The notes: generated by a model from the letters alone, not told the origin. A DNA stretch of 32,000 nt from Desulfotalea psychrophila LSv54 (GCF_000025945.1 NC_006138.1:2280001-2312000), one strand, 5' to 3'; positions 10,594 through 20,057 are shown, counted from the stretch's first letter. Translations and numbers: made by a program.

Positions 10594-10893
10594 TCAACCT
10601 TTCTTGGCAGAAGATCCAGCAACCTGCTGTTTGTCGCATTTACTCTTAGCCTGGGCGCCAACTTTTATTTCAGCAATTGCAGTTTCATTACTGCGTACTC
10701 GGGCATCAAGGCCATTAAGCTTATCGCTTAGGGTTGTCAGGGCGCGGGTATTGTTGTCCAGTGACACTTTCATCACACTATTGGTATTATTCACATCTCG
10801 TTTCCACAACCAGACAACCAGGCCGCTTAGCAACACAAAGATCCACGCCGCAAACAAAGGATTACCAGTAAAGAACAGTTCAACCCCTTTCAT
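10594..10893 (-). CDS. Small membrane protein, spanin- or holin-associated-like
   Basis: One N-terminal TM (LFAAWIFVLLSGLVVWLW) followed by a coiled-coil region, in a lysis-module position. Confidence 0.45.
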   Translation of the reverse strand: MKGVELFFTGNPLFAAWIFVLLSGLVVWLWKRDVNNTNSVMKVSLDNNTRALTTLSDKLNGLDARVRSNETAIAEIKVGAQAKSKCDKQQVAGSSAKKG

Positions 10894-11543
10894 TTAATCG
10901 TTCCTTCAGAGTGGCTCTGTGGGCTTATAAGGCGTGCGGCACCCTTCGCTGCCATGCGATCCCCAAACCACCAACAAACTGCCGTGGTAGTCAGATAGAG
11001 CAGGGAGCAAGTAACCTGGGTGACAATTTCAGCCGATTGTGTCGTGGTTAAAGCACCGCCAGAACTCTCTAGAATCGACCAGGCCCGACGACTAATCCAG
11101 GTGGAGAGTATCAACAGATAGAGAGTGATCCCTGGCCGAGCAAAACCCTTAACCGTATCCACCAGACCAAAAAGAATACAGATGAATACTCCGGCTGGCT
11201 GAGCCAAAATCGCTACCCAGCCCGTGGTGGAAAAAAGTTTTCCGGCCAGGGCCGTGGAAAGGGTCGGTTTATTGGCAACAATAAGGTGGGCGGCATAAGC
11301 CTCGGTTTCAGCTAGATGTAGGGCTCCTTCAGTCTGTACTCGAGCAACCCTGATATTGGCCTCGGTCTCAGCTAGCATCGCTTGACTCTCCGCCTGTACT
11401 AGCTTCAGCTCATGCTCACGCCCCTGGGCCCTATCCTTCATATCAAGTTCTCTAATCTTTCTCTGATTCCAACTGGACCAAATGGTTCCCGCAAGACCCG
11501 TAATTCCACCAAAAAGAATATCCCAAGGCATATCAATCTCCAC
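10890..11543 (-). CDS. Putative holin (multi-TM)
   Basis: 217 aa; an amphipathic helical region (HELKLVQAESQAMLAETEANI) is followed by several C-terminal TMs; lysis-module context. Confidence 0.55.
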   Translation of the reverse strand: MEIDMPWDILFGGITGLAGTIWSSWNQRKIRELDMKDRAQGREHELKLVQAESQAMLAETEANIRVARVQTEGALHLAETEAYAAHLIVANKPTLSTALAGKLFSTTGWVAILAQPAGVFICILFGLVDTVKGFARPGITLYLLILSTWISRRAWSILESSGGALTTTQSAEIVTQVTCSLLYLTTTAVCWWFGDRMAAKGAARLISPQSHSEGTIK

Positions 11544-11967
11544 TCTCTATAGTAAGTTCAAAATCTTCACCGCCCATGGCTTTGTGCAGCCTGCGGATGG
11601 TTGCTTTTGAAAGTAAAACGGCTCGCTGTCCAGCCAGGTGCCCACGTTTCTTACCATGTAATATGCAGCCGAGAACATTGGTTACATAGCCTTTGGTCCT
11701 GTCGCCGGCCACATTGCCTGAATGATGCAGAACATGCGATCGGCCCTCTACATTGCGCACCTGGTAAACCCAGCCAAAACGAGGAGACTTTACCAAACGA
11801 CAGAGATAGACACCCAAAGGAATAGAGGAGACATTGGGCCGATTATCCCGCCACGGCAGCTCCAAGGTGTAGGAGCGAAATCCCCGTTCAGGGCAGCGAA
11901 AGACTCCCTCTGTGCCCTGGTCCGTGCTCTTCTCGCGTCTTAAGTTTGCCTGGAGCATATTCACCAT
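11533..11967 (-). CDS. DUF5675-family-like protein (candidate lysis-related)
   Basis: 144 aa; TLELPWRDNRPNVSSIPLGVYLCRLVKSPRFGWVYQV...LHHSGNVAGDRTKGYVTNVLGCILHGKK pattern. Confidence 0.6.
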   Translation of the reverse strand: MVNMLQANLRREKSTDQGTEGVFRCPERGFRSYTLELPWRDNRPNVSSIPLGVYLCRLVKSPRFGWVYQVRNVEGRSHVLHHSGNVAGDRTKGYVTNVLGCILHGKKRGHLAGQRAVLLSKATIRRLHKAMGGEDFELTIESGD

Positions 11968-12145
11968 TTTTTACATAAAAAAACTCCGTACTCTTGAACT
12001 AAGAGACGGGGCTAAAAAAGAGAATGACACAAAAAAAGACCCAATCTCAACCGAGACGGGGCCTTGCCTGTGCACATTTTCTCACCTTATTTAATTTATG
12101 ATAGCCAGCTGTGGACAACTTTGCAAACAGGATCGACAGAGTTTT

Positions 12146-12526
12146 CTAATCAATGCATATAGACGATGAAGAGCTTTCACTATCCTTTTCTAACCAGGCA
12201 GCAACCCAAGATTCACCCATACTAACCAGCTGAGTAACCTTGCGCCGATCCATCCCCAGTTCTCGGGCAACATAACTCGTATTCTCCTTACTCAGATAAT
12301 AGACCATAAGGGCTTCGGCAACGGATGCCTTTCTTTGTCTCAATCGGGCAATGGCAGTATCAATGAGCATTGCCTCCTCGTCACTGATCTCTACGGGCTG
12401 CAGCTCATAAGCAGGATAGTCCTGCCAGCAACAACTTATAGCAAGTCTGCCATAACCAAGATGGGGCACAGGTGATACACGAAGCCATAGGGCATAGTTT
12501 GTCAATTTCTCAGATATAAACTCCAT
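12146..12526 (-). CDS. Phage antiterminator Q-like/late regulator-like protein
   Basis: 126 aa; WLRVSP...GYGRLAISCCW...SYVARELGMDRRKVTQLVSMGESWVAAWL HTH-like segment, upstream of the late genes. Confidence 0.5.
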   Translation of the reverse strand: MEFISEKLTNYALWLRVSPVPHLGYGRLAISCCWQDYPAYELQPVEISDEEAMLIDTAIARLRQRKASVAEALMVYYLSKENTSYVARELGMDRRKVTQLVSMGESWVAAWLEKDSESSSSSICID

Positions 12527-12576
12527 ACCTCCCTCCTATTGCATAAAACATAACTTGGCTAAGATAATTTTTCGAT

Positions 12577-12606
12577 CTCAAGAAGTGGCGGGTTCAAATC
12601 CCGACA
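12577..12606 (+). other. Candidate phage att core: tRNA 3'-end-like segment with no 5' half
   Basis: aagtggcgggttcaaatcccgacatcgg: T-arm GCGGG-TTCAAAT-CCCGA plus an acceptor-like tail, ~55 nt beyond the integrase stop. No matching 5' acceptor strand within ~80 nt upstream. Confidence 0.5.
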
Positions 12607-12659
12607 TCGGAAAAATAAAATACCATTTATTATTAAATATTTAAGTATATGGACAGCCT

Positions 12660-13883
12660 CTATTCCTGTTCATTGTGACCAAAACTGTGTCCAAAATCTT
12701 CCTTGCCCTCGACTCTTGTTCCAGAGAACTGTTTTTCCACGGAAAACCCGTCTAAACTCTTCAAATTGGGGATATAGCGACCATAGGTTCTATAAACCAT
12801 TGAGGTATCCACATGGCCCAGGGTTTTGGCCACCCATTCAGGTGTCTCTCCCAGGGCGAGGGCCCAAGAGGCGAAGGTATGCCTAGTCTCATACATACGC
12901 CGATATTGCAGTTCCAAACCTGCAAATGCTTCAACCCATACCACACTGCGCAGTTTGTCCTGTGAAATAGGCAGGCGATCTTTGTTGACGAAAACATAGG
13001 GACTGTTGATTCCCGCCGTCAGTTTACGCTGGCGCAACAGAATTCTCCGTAATCCCGGTCGCAATAAGAGCCTGCGTCTACTCTCATGGGTTTTGAGATC
13101 TTCCTTCTCTCTTCCCCGTACCCTGCTTAACTCTATGTGGATATATTCATGGTCGATGGCAACCCATTTCAGGGCCACCTGTTCCGAGGGCCTCAATCCC
13201 GTCTGTACGGCAAATTCAAAATAGGGCCGATACCAAGGGGATATATGCGTTATAAAAACCTGCCACTCTTCAAAACTAAAGGGTTGAACTCGAAACTTCC
13301 TGGGCCGTGGAAGTTTACACCGGGTAAAGGGATCCGGAAAATCCAGCCAGGCATACTCATCCACGCAATCCTCTATAATTACTCGCAGGGGGATGATGAC
13401 GTTGCGAATACGTTTAGCCGAAAGTGGTTGCCCCTGTTCACTCCTCTTGCCCTTCATGGTGGCAATAAACTTCCTCATTCGGGCAGAGGTTATCTCCGCA
13501 AAATTCAAATCACGAAAATAGGGCAAAACATGTCTCTGTAGAGCACTTTGGTAGTCCCGAATCTGATTCTCCGTCATCCCACTTCCCATATCGGCAAACC
13601 ACTGCAGTACATAATCACCAAAAAGAAGTTCAGAGGGGTGGGTGGTCACTTCCCTACCCTCCAGCTCAGCAAAAAAGGCCCTTCTCCTACTTCTGGGAAA
13701 ACGCTTGCCAAAACTGAAAACCCCATTATCTATCTCTGCCATAATCAAATCGAGCTGCCGCCGAAGAATTTGCCGGTTCTCTCTGGTGTCGACAAGGCCA
13801 GATGATTCACGAACGCGCTCCCCCATATAGCGAAAATCAAACCAGATCCTGTTGTGACGGACATAGAGAGTTCCCCTACCCAC
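12660..13883 (-). CDS. int: Phage tyrosine recombinase/integrase
   Basis: 407 aa with catalytic-region motifs TGLRPSEQVALKW, RRMYETRHTFASWALALGETPEWVAKTLGHVDTSMVYRTYGRYIP. Confidence 0.93.
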   Translation of the reverse strand: MGRGTLYVRHNRIWFDFRYMGERVRESSGLVDTRENRQILRRQLDLIMAEIDNGVFSFGKRFPRSRRRAFFAELEGREVTTHPSELLFGDYVLQWFADMGSGMTENQIRDYQSALQRHVLPYFRDLNFAEITSARMRKFIATMKGKRSEQGQPLSAKRIRNVIIPLRVIIEDCVDEYAWLDFPDPFTRCKLPRPRKFRVQPFSFEEWQVFITHISPWYRPYFEFAVQTGLRPSEQVALKWVAIDHEYIHIELSRVRGREKEDLKTHESRRRLLLRPGLRRILLRQRKLTAGINSPYVFVNKDRLPISQDKLRSVVWVEAFAGLELQYRRMYETRHTFASWALALGETPEWVAKTLGHVDTSMVYRTYGRYIPNLKSLDGFSVEKQFSGTRVEGKEDFGHSFGHNEQE

Positions 13884-13884
13884 C

Positions 13885-14106
13885 CTATCGCCTCAAACCC
13901 TTTTCGCAAGCCAGGCGCTTCATGGCTCGGTGAAAAAAGTGATCCCAATACCAGAAATAATAAGGCCGGTCACCTGCCCCAGGGCGATACTCTCCCTGCT
14001 GATTTAAGTTCTTAACCTCGGCGTCCGCCACCCTCTCAGCCTTCGGAATAAGGGCATTGATTGCCCGTCTATATATAAAATTCTCCATCGCCTCCTCCCT
14101 TCTCAT
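13885..14106 (-). CDS. Small hypothetical protein upstream of int
   Basis: 73-aa ORF directly abutting int on the same strand. Confidence 0.4.
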   Translation of the reverse strand: MRREEAMENFIYRRAINALIPKAERVADAEVKNLNQQGEYRPGAGDRPYYFWYWDHFFHRAMKRLACEKGLRR

Positions 14107-14557
14107 GAATTTCCAACCATCGCCAAAATACTCTCCTCCAAGAGTACACCCACTTTTTACCGCTGGACGTGTATGGCCGGCTATGGCCGCCTATGGCCGT
14201 CTACATGCTATTAAAGGGTCTTGACCTGTTTTTTTGGAGGGTGATTTTTTACTGGTTAGGATGGGGGAAATGAGGTTATTTGCTTCTAATAATCTTTTTG
14301 CTTGATTAGTATTGTTGGTGGTGCTTAAGTATTTTGGATTATAAAGAAATTTTCGTAAGTTGATTAGGTCCTTCGTAGAGGGCGAGGGATTTGGATGATG
14401 TGGTGATATTCAGTTATCGCTCGTGTCGAATGACATCAGGGAATCGGGTAATAATTTTTTGTCTGTTTTGGCTAAATCAATGCGTTATTGGCGTAAGGAC
14501 TTTCATTGTTTTCGCTTATTTAATATTTAAAACGATAATATCTTCTAAGGAATATTC

Positions 14558-16003
14558 ATGTACAAATTACGATTACAAGATGTTTATCTTGGTGAAAATG
14601 ATGGCAAAAAAGAAGCTGTCTATAGGTCAGATTTTGAAAGATATTTTGTAGATATAGATGACAACTATGAAAAGCTAAAACAAGATAAGTATTTTTTGGT
14701 TTTAGGGAGAAAGGGATCAGGTAAGACCTATTTGGGGCAATATGTTAAGAGAATGTCTTCAAAAGATCCTCTCCATTTTTGTGAGATCAGTTCATATAAA
14801 GACTTTAAATTTCAAGAGTTAATTCAATTGAAATCAGGTGATATCACTCCAAATGAATATTATGAAATATGGAGATGGTTGCTATTACTTGACATAGGGA
14901 AACACTGCCTCGCTGACAACGGCATAGAGGATTGTGATGACAAGAGTAAACTTCATGCATTCCCTGAGGCTAATTACAAATCAATCGAAATTGATGCTAA
15001 AAAAATCGTGGAAGTAACACAAAAACAGCAAGTCAGAGGCGGATTCTTAAAATCATTCGTGGATATCTCTGATGGTGAAAAACTAGAGGAAGGAACATAT
15101 CTGGATTATATTGACGACTTGGAAAAGGTTGTCTTTTCCTTGCTCTCTCTTTCAGAGAGTTCGTACACCTCAATTTATGATGAGTTAGATGATCGTTTTA
15201 GAAATGATGATTATTACCGCAACTCAATAATCAGTCTAATTAAGGCCGCAGATTACATTAATTTAAAAGCAATAGAAGTAAACTCCAAAGCTAAGGTAGT
15301 AATATTACTGCGGTCTGATATTTTCTCTATATTTAACGATCCAGATCTAAACAAAATAAAAAGAGTTAATACGTTGAAGATTGATTGGGGAACTCGTGTG
15401 TCAGTCGATACTCCTCTAATTAAAATGGTAATTTATAAAGCAAAACAATCTAGTTCCTTAATGTCTGTACTTTCCAATGAGCAGATTTTTCGTCACTTAT
15501 TTCCACAAGATATTAATTACATTAATCCTGAGAGATATATACTTGAGAGATCTTTTTTTCGACCAAGGGATGTAATTACAATATTGAATTTAATCATAGA
15601 AAAATATCCAAATTCCGAATATTTTGGTTGGAAAAGTTTTCGAGTCGTTAAGCAGGATTATTCAGAGTATCTGCTTGATGAAGTAAGGAATGAAATGTTT
15701 GGACATTACCTCGATGAAGAAATCGATAACGCACTTAAATTACTAAAAAATTACAATAAGCATTTTATTGAGTATGATGAATTGAAAAAATATATGACAA
15801 TAAACTCTTATCACTACCCTGGCCTTGATTTAGAAAAAATGCTCATTGGTTTATTTAAATTTAATGCAATAGGAAATAAGTGGTTCAATGAGTACAAAAA
15901 AAAGCAATATTATACTTGGGCTCATCGTGATGAGAAAGCTGATTTAGATTTAAATAAGACTATTGTTATCCACCTTGGTCTAAGGGAAGCGCTATCAATG
16001 TGA
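14558..16003 (+). CDS. P-loop ATPase, Sll1717/FunZ-like family
   Basis: 481 aa; Walker A GRKGSGKT near the N-terminus (LVLGRKGSGKTYLGQYVKRM), Walker B-like SIYDELDDRF, C-terminal RSFFRPRDVITILN. Confidence 0.75.
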   Translation: MYKLRLQDVYLGENDGKKEAVYRSDFERYFVDIDDNYEKLKQDKYFLVLGRKGSGKTYLGQYVKRMSSKDPLHFCEISSYKDFKFQELIQLKSGDITPNEYYEIWRWLLLLDIGKHCLADNGIEDCDDKSKLHAFPEANYKSIEIDAKKIVEVTQKQQVRGGFLKSFVDISDGEKLEEGTYLDYIDDLEKVVFSLLSLSESSYTSIYDELDDRFRNDDYYRNSIISLIKAADYINLKAIEVNSKAKVVILLRSDIFSIFNDPDLNKIKRVNTLKIDWGTRVSVDTPLIKMVIYKAKQSSSLMSVLSNEQIFRHLFPQDINYINPERYILERSFFRPRDVITILNLIIEKYPNSEYFGWKSFRVVKQDYSEYLLDEVRNEMFGHYLDEEIDNALKLLKNYNKHFIEYDELKKYMTINSYHYPGLDLEKMLIGLFKFNAIGNKWFNEYKKKQYYTWAHRDEKADLDLNKTIVIHLGLREALSM

Positions 16004-16042
16004 TGTGAACTACCGTCTAACATCACATCGATGAGATATTAA

Positions 16043-16105
16043 TCAGACAACCAACTGTTCCACTGGACCCGCAAACAGCGCGTGCCAGTGAACGCCACGT
16101 TATAC
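16043..16105 (+). other. Integron attC-like recombination site 1
   Basis: AAC(16049-51)-caact-GTTCcACTGG...CCAGTGAAC-gccac-GTT(16099-101): L''/L' complementary with one extrahelical C and 5-nt spacers on both sides. Confidence 0.65.
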
Positions 16106-16142
16106 AAAATAAAAATACCAGTAATTAAAATGGGAGCATAGA

Positions 16143-17757
16143 ATGGCATCAAAGTATTTGTCATCCCTATCGAAGGATGATTATTTAGAGCTTACAAAAA
16201 AACTGTGGAACATTCAGAATCATAAATGTTTTATATGTGAAGAAGAAATTGATTTAGATTTAAACACTACAAATATTGACCATATTGTACCTTTGGCAAA
16301 TAAGGGTAAAGATGCTGAGGTGAATTTTGCAGTCACACATGAAAGTTGTAACAAGTCTAAACAGGACGCAAATTTAAAGATTGCAAAAATACTACAAAAA
16401 CTTAGTAAAATTCAAAAGTCAATACAAAGTAAAACAAGTAAATCAGCGTCACTCAAGGATATACTAAAAAGCTATAATGGTTCAAAGTATGAGTTTAAAT
16501 ACAAGATTGAAGGTATGGAATTAAAATATTCATTTTCAGATATTGGAGATAACAAAACATACCAAACACCAATTTATACTGACAATCTTTCGAAAGAACA
16601 AACATGCTTTATAGAAGTTCCAGTTGAGTACCTATATCATGATGAAATTATTAACCCACGCGGGATAAATAATAGTATCGGAAAGCTTATTAAAGAGTTT
16701 GATAAGCAAAACCCACAATTGCATCTTAGTCTCGCTCGGATAGAAGATGACAGGTTAAAAATATTTGATGGGCAGCATAAAGCCGGTGCTCAAATTTTAT
16801 TAGGAACTAAAAAATTGGTTGTGCGAGTTTTTTTGGAACCAAATATAGACCGGTTGACAGAAACAAATACAATGCTGGAGTACTCTACGGCAAATTGCTT
16901 TTGATAAATCAATAATGAGGCAATTGAACAATACGCTTTATTCGGAAAGGGTTAAAAAGTATCAAGTCGCCCATAACCTAAAAGAAGATGATTATTCTTT
17001 TTCAGAGCAGCAGCTTATTGATTTTTTCAAAGGAGATGGGGCCAATATAAAAAAATACATTATTGACTCTATAAAACATTCAATAACGAATGCAAAAGAC
17101 AATAAACTAAAAGACTATATTGATTTTGACGGGAAAGCCAAAGAGTTGCCTATTTCATACAGTGCTTTTGATAAAACTATTTTGTCTTCATTTGTCAATT
17201 CTAAACTTGTTTTAAAAACAGCGATAGATTCAAAAACAGATGAAGGGTTAAACCCAAGAGAATTGGAAATAAATCAAATTGTAAAAATTCTAAGTCTACT
17301 GGCTGAGAATATTTACATGAACAAGTTTTTGCCTGAATTAGGAACAGCACGAGTTGAAAAGAAAATTATTGATAAAAAGGATACAAATATAACAGACGAT
17401 CATTTAATAGCATACAGAATCAGCAAAGAAGAGATTCTGTATAATTGGTTGCAATATCTGAAAAAAGTCATCACAACATACTTTGCAAATACTGGTAAAA
17501 TGGTTGCTGAAGAAAAAATTTTTCAGACACCGTTTGATGAACAACTTTGGATAAATATTGGAAATTTTATCAAAAATCTTAGTCAACTACCACTGTGGAA
17601 AGACAGATCAATGGCAAGTACTATATTTTCTGGTAAAAAGAATTATGATTATTGGAGAGAGATCTTTGAAACAGGTAGTAGTTTAGATGGAGCAATTGTT
17701 TTGACTAATCCGTTAAATTTTATAGAAATGATAAAGGGTACCGAAAATTTTGTATAA
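16143..17757 (+). pseudogene. HNH endonuclease with DGQHR/ParB-like motif, apparently split by a frameshift (ORFs 16143..16904 and 16915..17757)
   Basis: First ORF: CFICEEEIDLDLNTTNIDHIVPLANKGKDAEVNFAVTHESCNKSK (HNH) and DGQHKAGAQILLG. Second ORF lies in another frame that is open from 16858 (QKQIQCWSTLRQIAFDKSIMRQLNNTLYSERVKKYQ). Confidence 0.6.
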
Positions 17758-17810
17758 CAAAAAAATGCAGGGGACGCAAAAAGCCGCGCCCCTGATTTTA
17801 GGCGTTAAAT
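17752..17810 (+). other. Integron attC-like recombination site 2
   Basis: GTATAAC-aaaaa-AATgCAGGGG(ACGC)...(GCG)CCCCTGATTT-taggc-GTTAAAT; the R' box matches GTTRRRY; extrahelical G; overlaps the stop codon of the upstream ORF. Confidence 0.65.
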
Positions 17811-17839
17811 TTACCAAATAAAATAGGTTGCAATAACAA

Positions 17840-18967
17840 ATGTCACAAGTTGATTTGATTCGCCAAGAACTTGAGTTGGTAAATTTCCCTAGTAAAGAAA
17901 TACTACCCCTCTATCCAGATTTAATTGAAACTGTAACCAAAGCAATTTATTTAGCACCTCACGAGAACAAAGAGCCTTACTGGGGGATAATTCTTTCTAA
18001 TAATACACCAACTTCTCCGCATGAATTAGTAGATGATTTTAAAGATTCTTATTGTGATGGAAAAAGAACCTTTGGATTTTCCTCTAATGGAAGCAATGAG
18101 TTAAAAACTGTAGTTTTCCAAAGAGAAATGAATAACATAGATCTTCTTGAACTATGTAATAATAAGCAAACTTGTATCATCAACAGACAAGGGAATACTC
18201 TCAAAATATATTTTAATAATACAATTTATATTTGCGAAAATAGAGTTTGGAAAGTACTGGAAAAAGTTGACGCTCAAATAGTTGAAATAAAAAAACACTA
18301 TAGTGCTGTTGACGCAGATCTCGTCAGAAAATTGCTGACTTACTCATTCCACAATCTTTCTACCAATAAAATTGGTGCCACAATAATATATTGGCTTAAG
18401 GACGACTTTACTTCTACCTATGCAACCCTGCCGGACTCGATAAGTCTTGATTTTAACAATGAAAATCATCAGGAAATATTAAAACAATACCTTAGAAATA
18501 ATGATGGAGCAATTGTCATAAATTCAAGTGGCAAGATAATCGGTGGCAAAGCACACTTAAGTTTTTCTGATGACAGTAAATCCTTTATCCAAATTAAAGA
18601 CAAGGGAACCAGACATAACTCAGCAGCTAGATTCTCTTTCGATAATTCAAAATCCATTGTTATTACAGTCTCAGAGGACGGTCCTGTTTCAGTTTTTTCT
18701 GAGGGGAAAAATATTGCCAATTTAAGTTCCATTGATCCTTTTGAACAAAATAAAATTATTCATGAAATTGCAGAAGAAAATGATGCGATGTCCTATGAAG
18801 ATAACTTTAATATAACTTGCAGTAAGTGCGGGAAAACCTTTTATGTAAGTGTATTAACTGTCTCTGGTTGGCGAGAATGGGAAAATGAAAGATGTGATAT
18901 TTGTGGTACAGAAATTCATTCCGCAAAGTGCTTTACAATAAACTCAAGATTAATAAAAACTATCTAA
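17840..18967 (+). CDS. Divergent diadenylate-cyclase-like (DisA_N/DAC) protein with C-terminal zinc ribbon
   Basis: 375 aa; LSTNKIGATIIYW...NNDGAIVINSSGKIIGGKAHLSF...KDKGTRHNSAARFSFDNSKSIVITVSEDGPVSVFSEGKNI aligns by eye with the DAC DGA and GTRH(R) motifs and the VVSEETG-ISV strand. C-terminus CSKCGKTF...CDICGTEI is a CxxC...CxxC zinc ribbon. Confidence 0.72.
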   Translation: MSQVDLIRQELELVNFPSKEILPLYPDLIETVTKAIYLAPHENKEPYWGIILSNNTPTSPHELVDDFKDSYCDGKRTFGFSSNGSNELKTVVFQREMNNIDLLELCNNKQTCIINRQGNTLKIYFNNTIYICENRVWKVLEKVDAQIVEIKKHYSAVDADLVRKLLTYSFHNLSTNKIGATIIYWLKDDFTSTYATLPDSISLDFNNENHQEILKQYLRNNDGAIVINSSGKIIGGKAHLSFSDDSKSFIQIKDKGTRHNSAARFSFDNSKSIVITVSEDGPVSVFSEGKNIANLSSIDPFEQNKIIHEIAEENDAMSYEDNFNITCSKCGKTFYVSVLTVSGWREWENERCDICGTEIHSAKCFTINSRLIKTI

Positions 18968-19037
18968 CCAGGCGTTTAACCCGTTCGCTATGCTCACTCG
19001 GACTCGCTGAAGCTCGCTGGTTAACTTAACGTTATGA
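18962..19037 (+). other. Integron attC-like recombination site 3
   Basis: ATCTAAC-caggc-GTTtAACC...GGTTAAC-ttaac-GTTATGA; 5-nt spacers both sides, one extrahelical T; R'' matches RYYYAAC. Confidence 0.75.
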
Positions 19038-19046
19038 ATTAAAACC

Positions 19047-19694
19047 ATGATCGATCAAATTGTTACTATAATCGGAGGCTCATACGTCGAGCCAATTTGT
19101 ACCCTCCTTGAAAAGTTGGAAAATTACGACCAACCTAAAGTCGGGCCGTTGGGTTCTGGCTATTATATCAATGGATATTCAGCATCAATTTGCCTTTTAA
19201 GCATCGCACTTCTTGAGTCTTACGTAATGAGAGTAAGATATATCAATGAAGCCAGTGAGAACGAAATCAACAGAATGCCCGTAGGAAAATATTTGGCCAA
19301 TCTATACGAAGATTTCCCTATGCTTGATGAAGTAGGTGAACTTTTTGTATTACGTGACACTATCACTCACAATCACCTGTGGGAACTATACTTAGATAGA
19401 AATGAAGAAGAAATTGGCCTCTCAGAAGAAATCAGAAAAAGCACGGGTGACTGGAAGTATTCAAATTACGTTGATCTAGATTTGAAGCAAACTAAAAAAC
19501 TGCAATTTACTGTTGTCCCAATAAGTATAGGTAGGTATGAGGTTATAACTGTTCTTAAAAATGTATGGAAGGTACTAATATATCTAGAAAACAAAGACTT
19601 AAGTCAATGCCCTGTTTCCGCTCAACACTATAAATATAAAGGCCAAATGCTAAATTTAGGTCAAATAGCTGAAGTCGTTGATAGATATATATAA
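19047..19694 (+). CDS. HEPN-like helical protein (putative RX4H motif)
   Basis: 215 aa, helix-rich (YSASICLLSIALLESYVMRVRYI) with FVLRDTITHNHLWEL, i.e. R-x4-H as in HEPN domains. Confidence 0.5.
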   Translation: MIDQIVTIIGGSYVEPICTLLEKLENYDQPKVGPLGSGYYINGYSASICLLSIALLESYVMRVRYINEASENEINRMPVGKYLANLYEDFPMLDEVGELFVLRDTITHNHLWELYLDRNEEEIGLSEEIRKSTGDWKYSNYVDLDLKQTKKLQFTVVPISIGRYEVITVLKNVWKVLIYLENKDLSQCPVSAQHYKYKGQMLNLGQIAEVVDRYI

Positions 19695-19699
19695 TAATT

Positions 19700-19829
19700 T
19701 CATAACAAGGTGTTAAAAAGGGACTGCGTGAGGCTCGGCGTTTAAAAGTTCCGAGTTAGACCAAAAAGAAATCTAAATCAAAAAAGTAAATACTAAAGGC
19801 CCCGCAGCCCCTTAACTCAACGATAAATC
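19700..19829 (+). other. Degenerate integron attC-like site 4 (long form)
   Basis: TCATAAC-aaggt-GTTAAaaAGGGaCTGCG...CGCAGCCCCTTAAC-tcaac-GATAAAT; geometry is attC-like but the expected invariant GTT reads GAT. Confidence 0.45.
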
Positions 19830-20057
19830 GGACCGCTACGACGCTCCAATTTATCGACCCGAGGTTAAGTTCCCTCAGATTGCCAACCGGATCGTCAAGC
19901 GCTCCGGTTATCAAACCAATGAAACCGACTGCGACCATTTTCAATTCAGGACCTGCTGTGCGGCGCCCAAATTATAAAAATAACCTCGCGGCTCATCTCG
20001 GGTCGTTCGGTGGGTAAACAATTGCAGCATTAAATTTGCACACAACAGAAAATATAA

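Noticed and set aside
984-12094. Many plus-strand ORFs of 60-139 aa across the late phage region (e.g. 2935..3423, 5001..5420)
   Set aside because: They lie antisense to well-supported minus-strand phage genes and have shadow-ORF composition.
12530-12606. Complete tRNA gene ending at the tRNA-like segment
   Set aside because: Only a T-arm and acceptor 3' strand are visible. No 5' acceptor, D-arm or anticodon arm was found upstream.
12660-13883. Integron integrase (IntI) to drive the attC-like array
   Set aside because: Sequence and context are phage-type integrase. I cannot identify the IntI-specific extra domain.
14391-14651. ORF upstream of and overlapping the ATPase gene
   Set aside because: Overlaps the start of the strongly supported P-loop ATPase ORF and has no recognisable motif.
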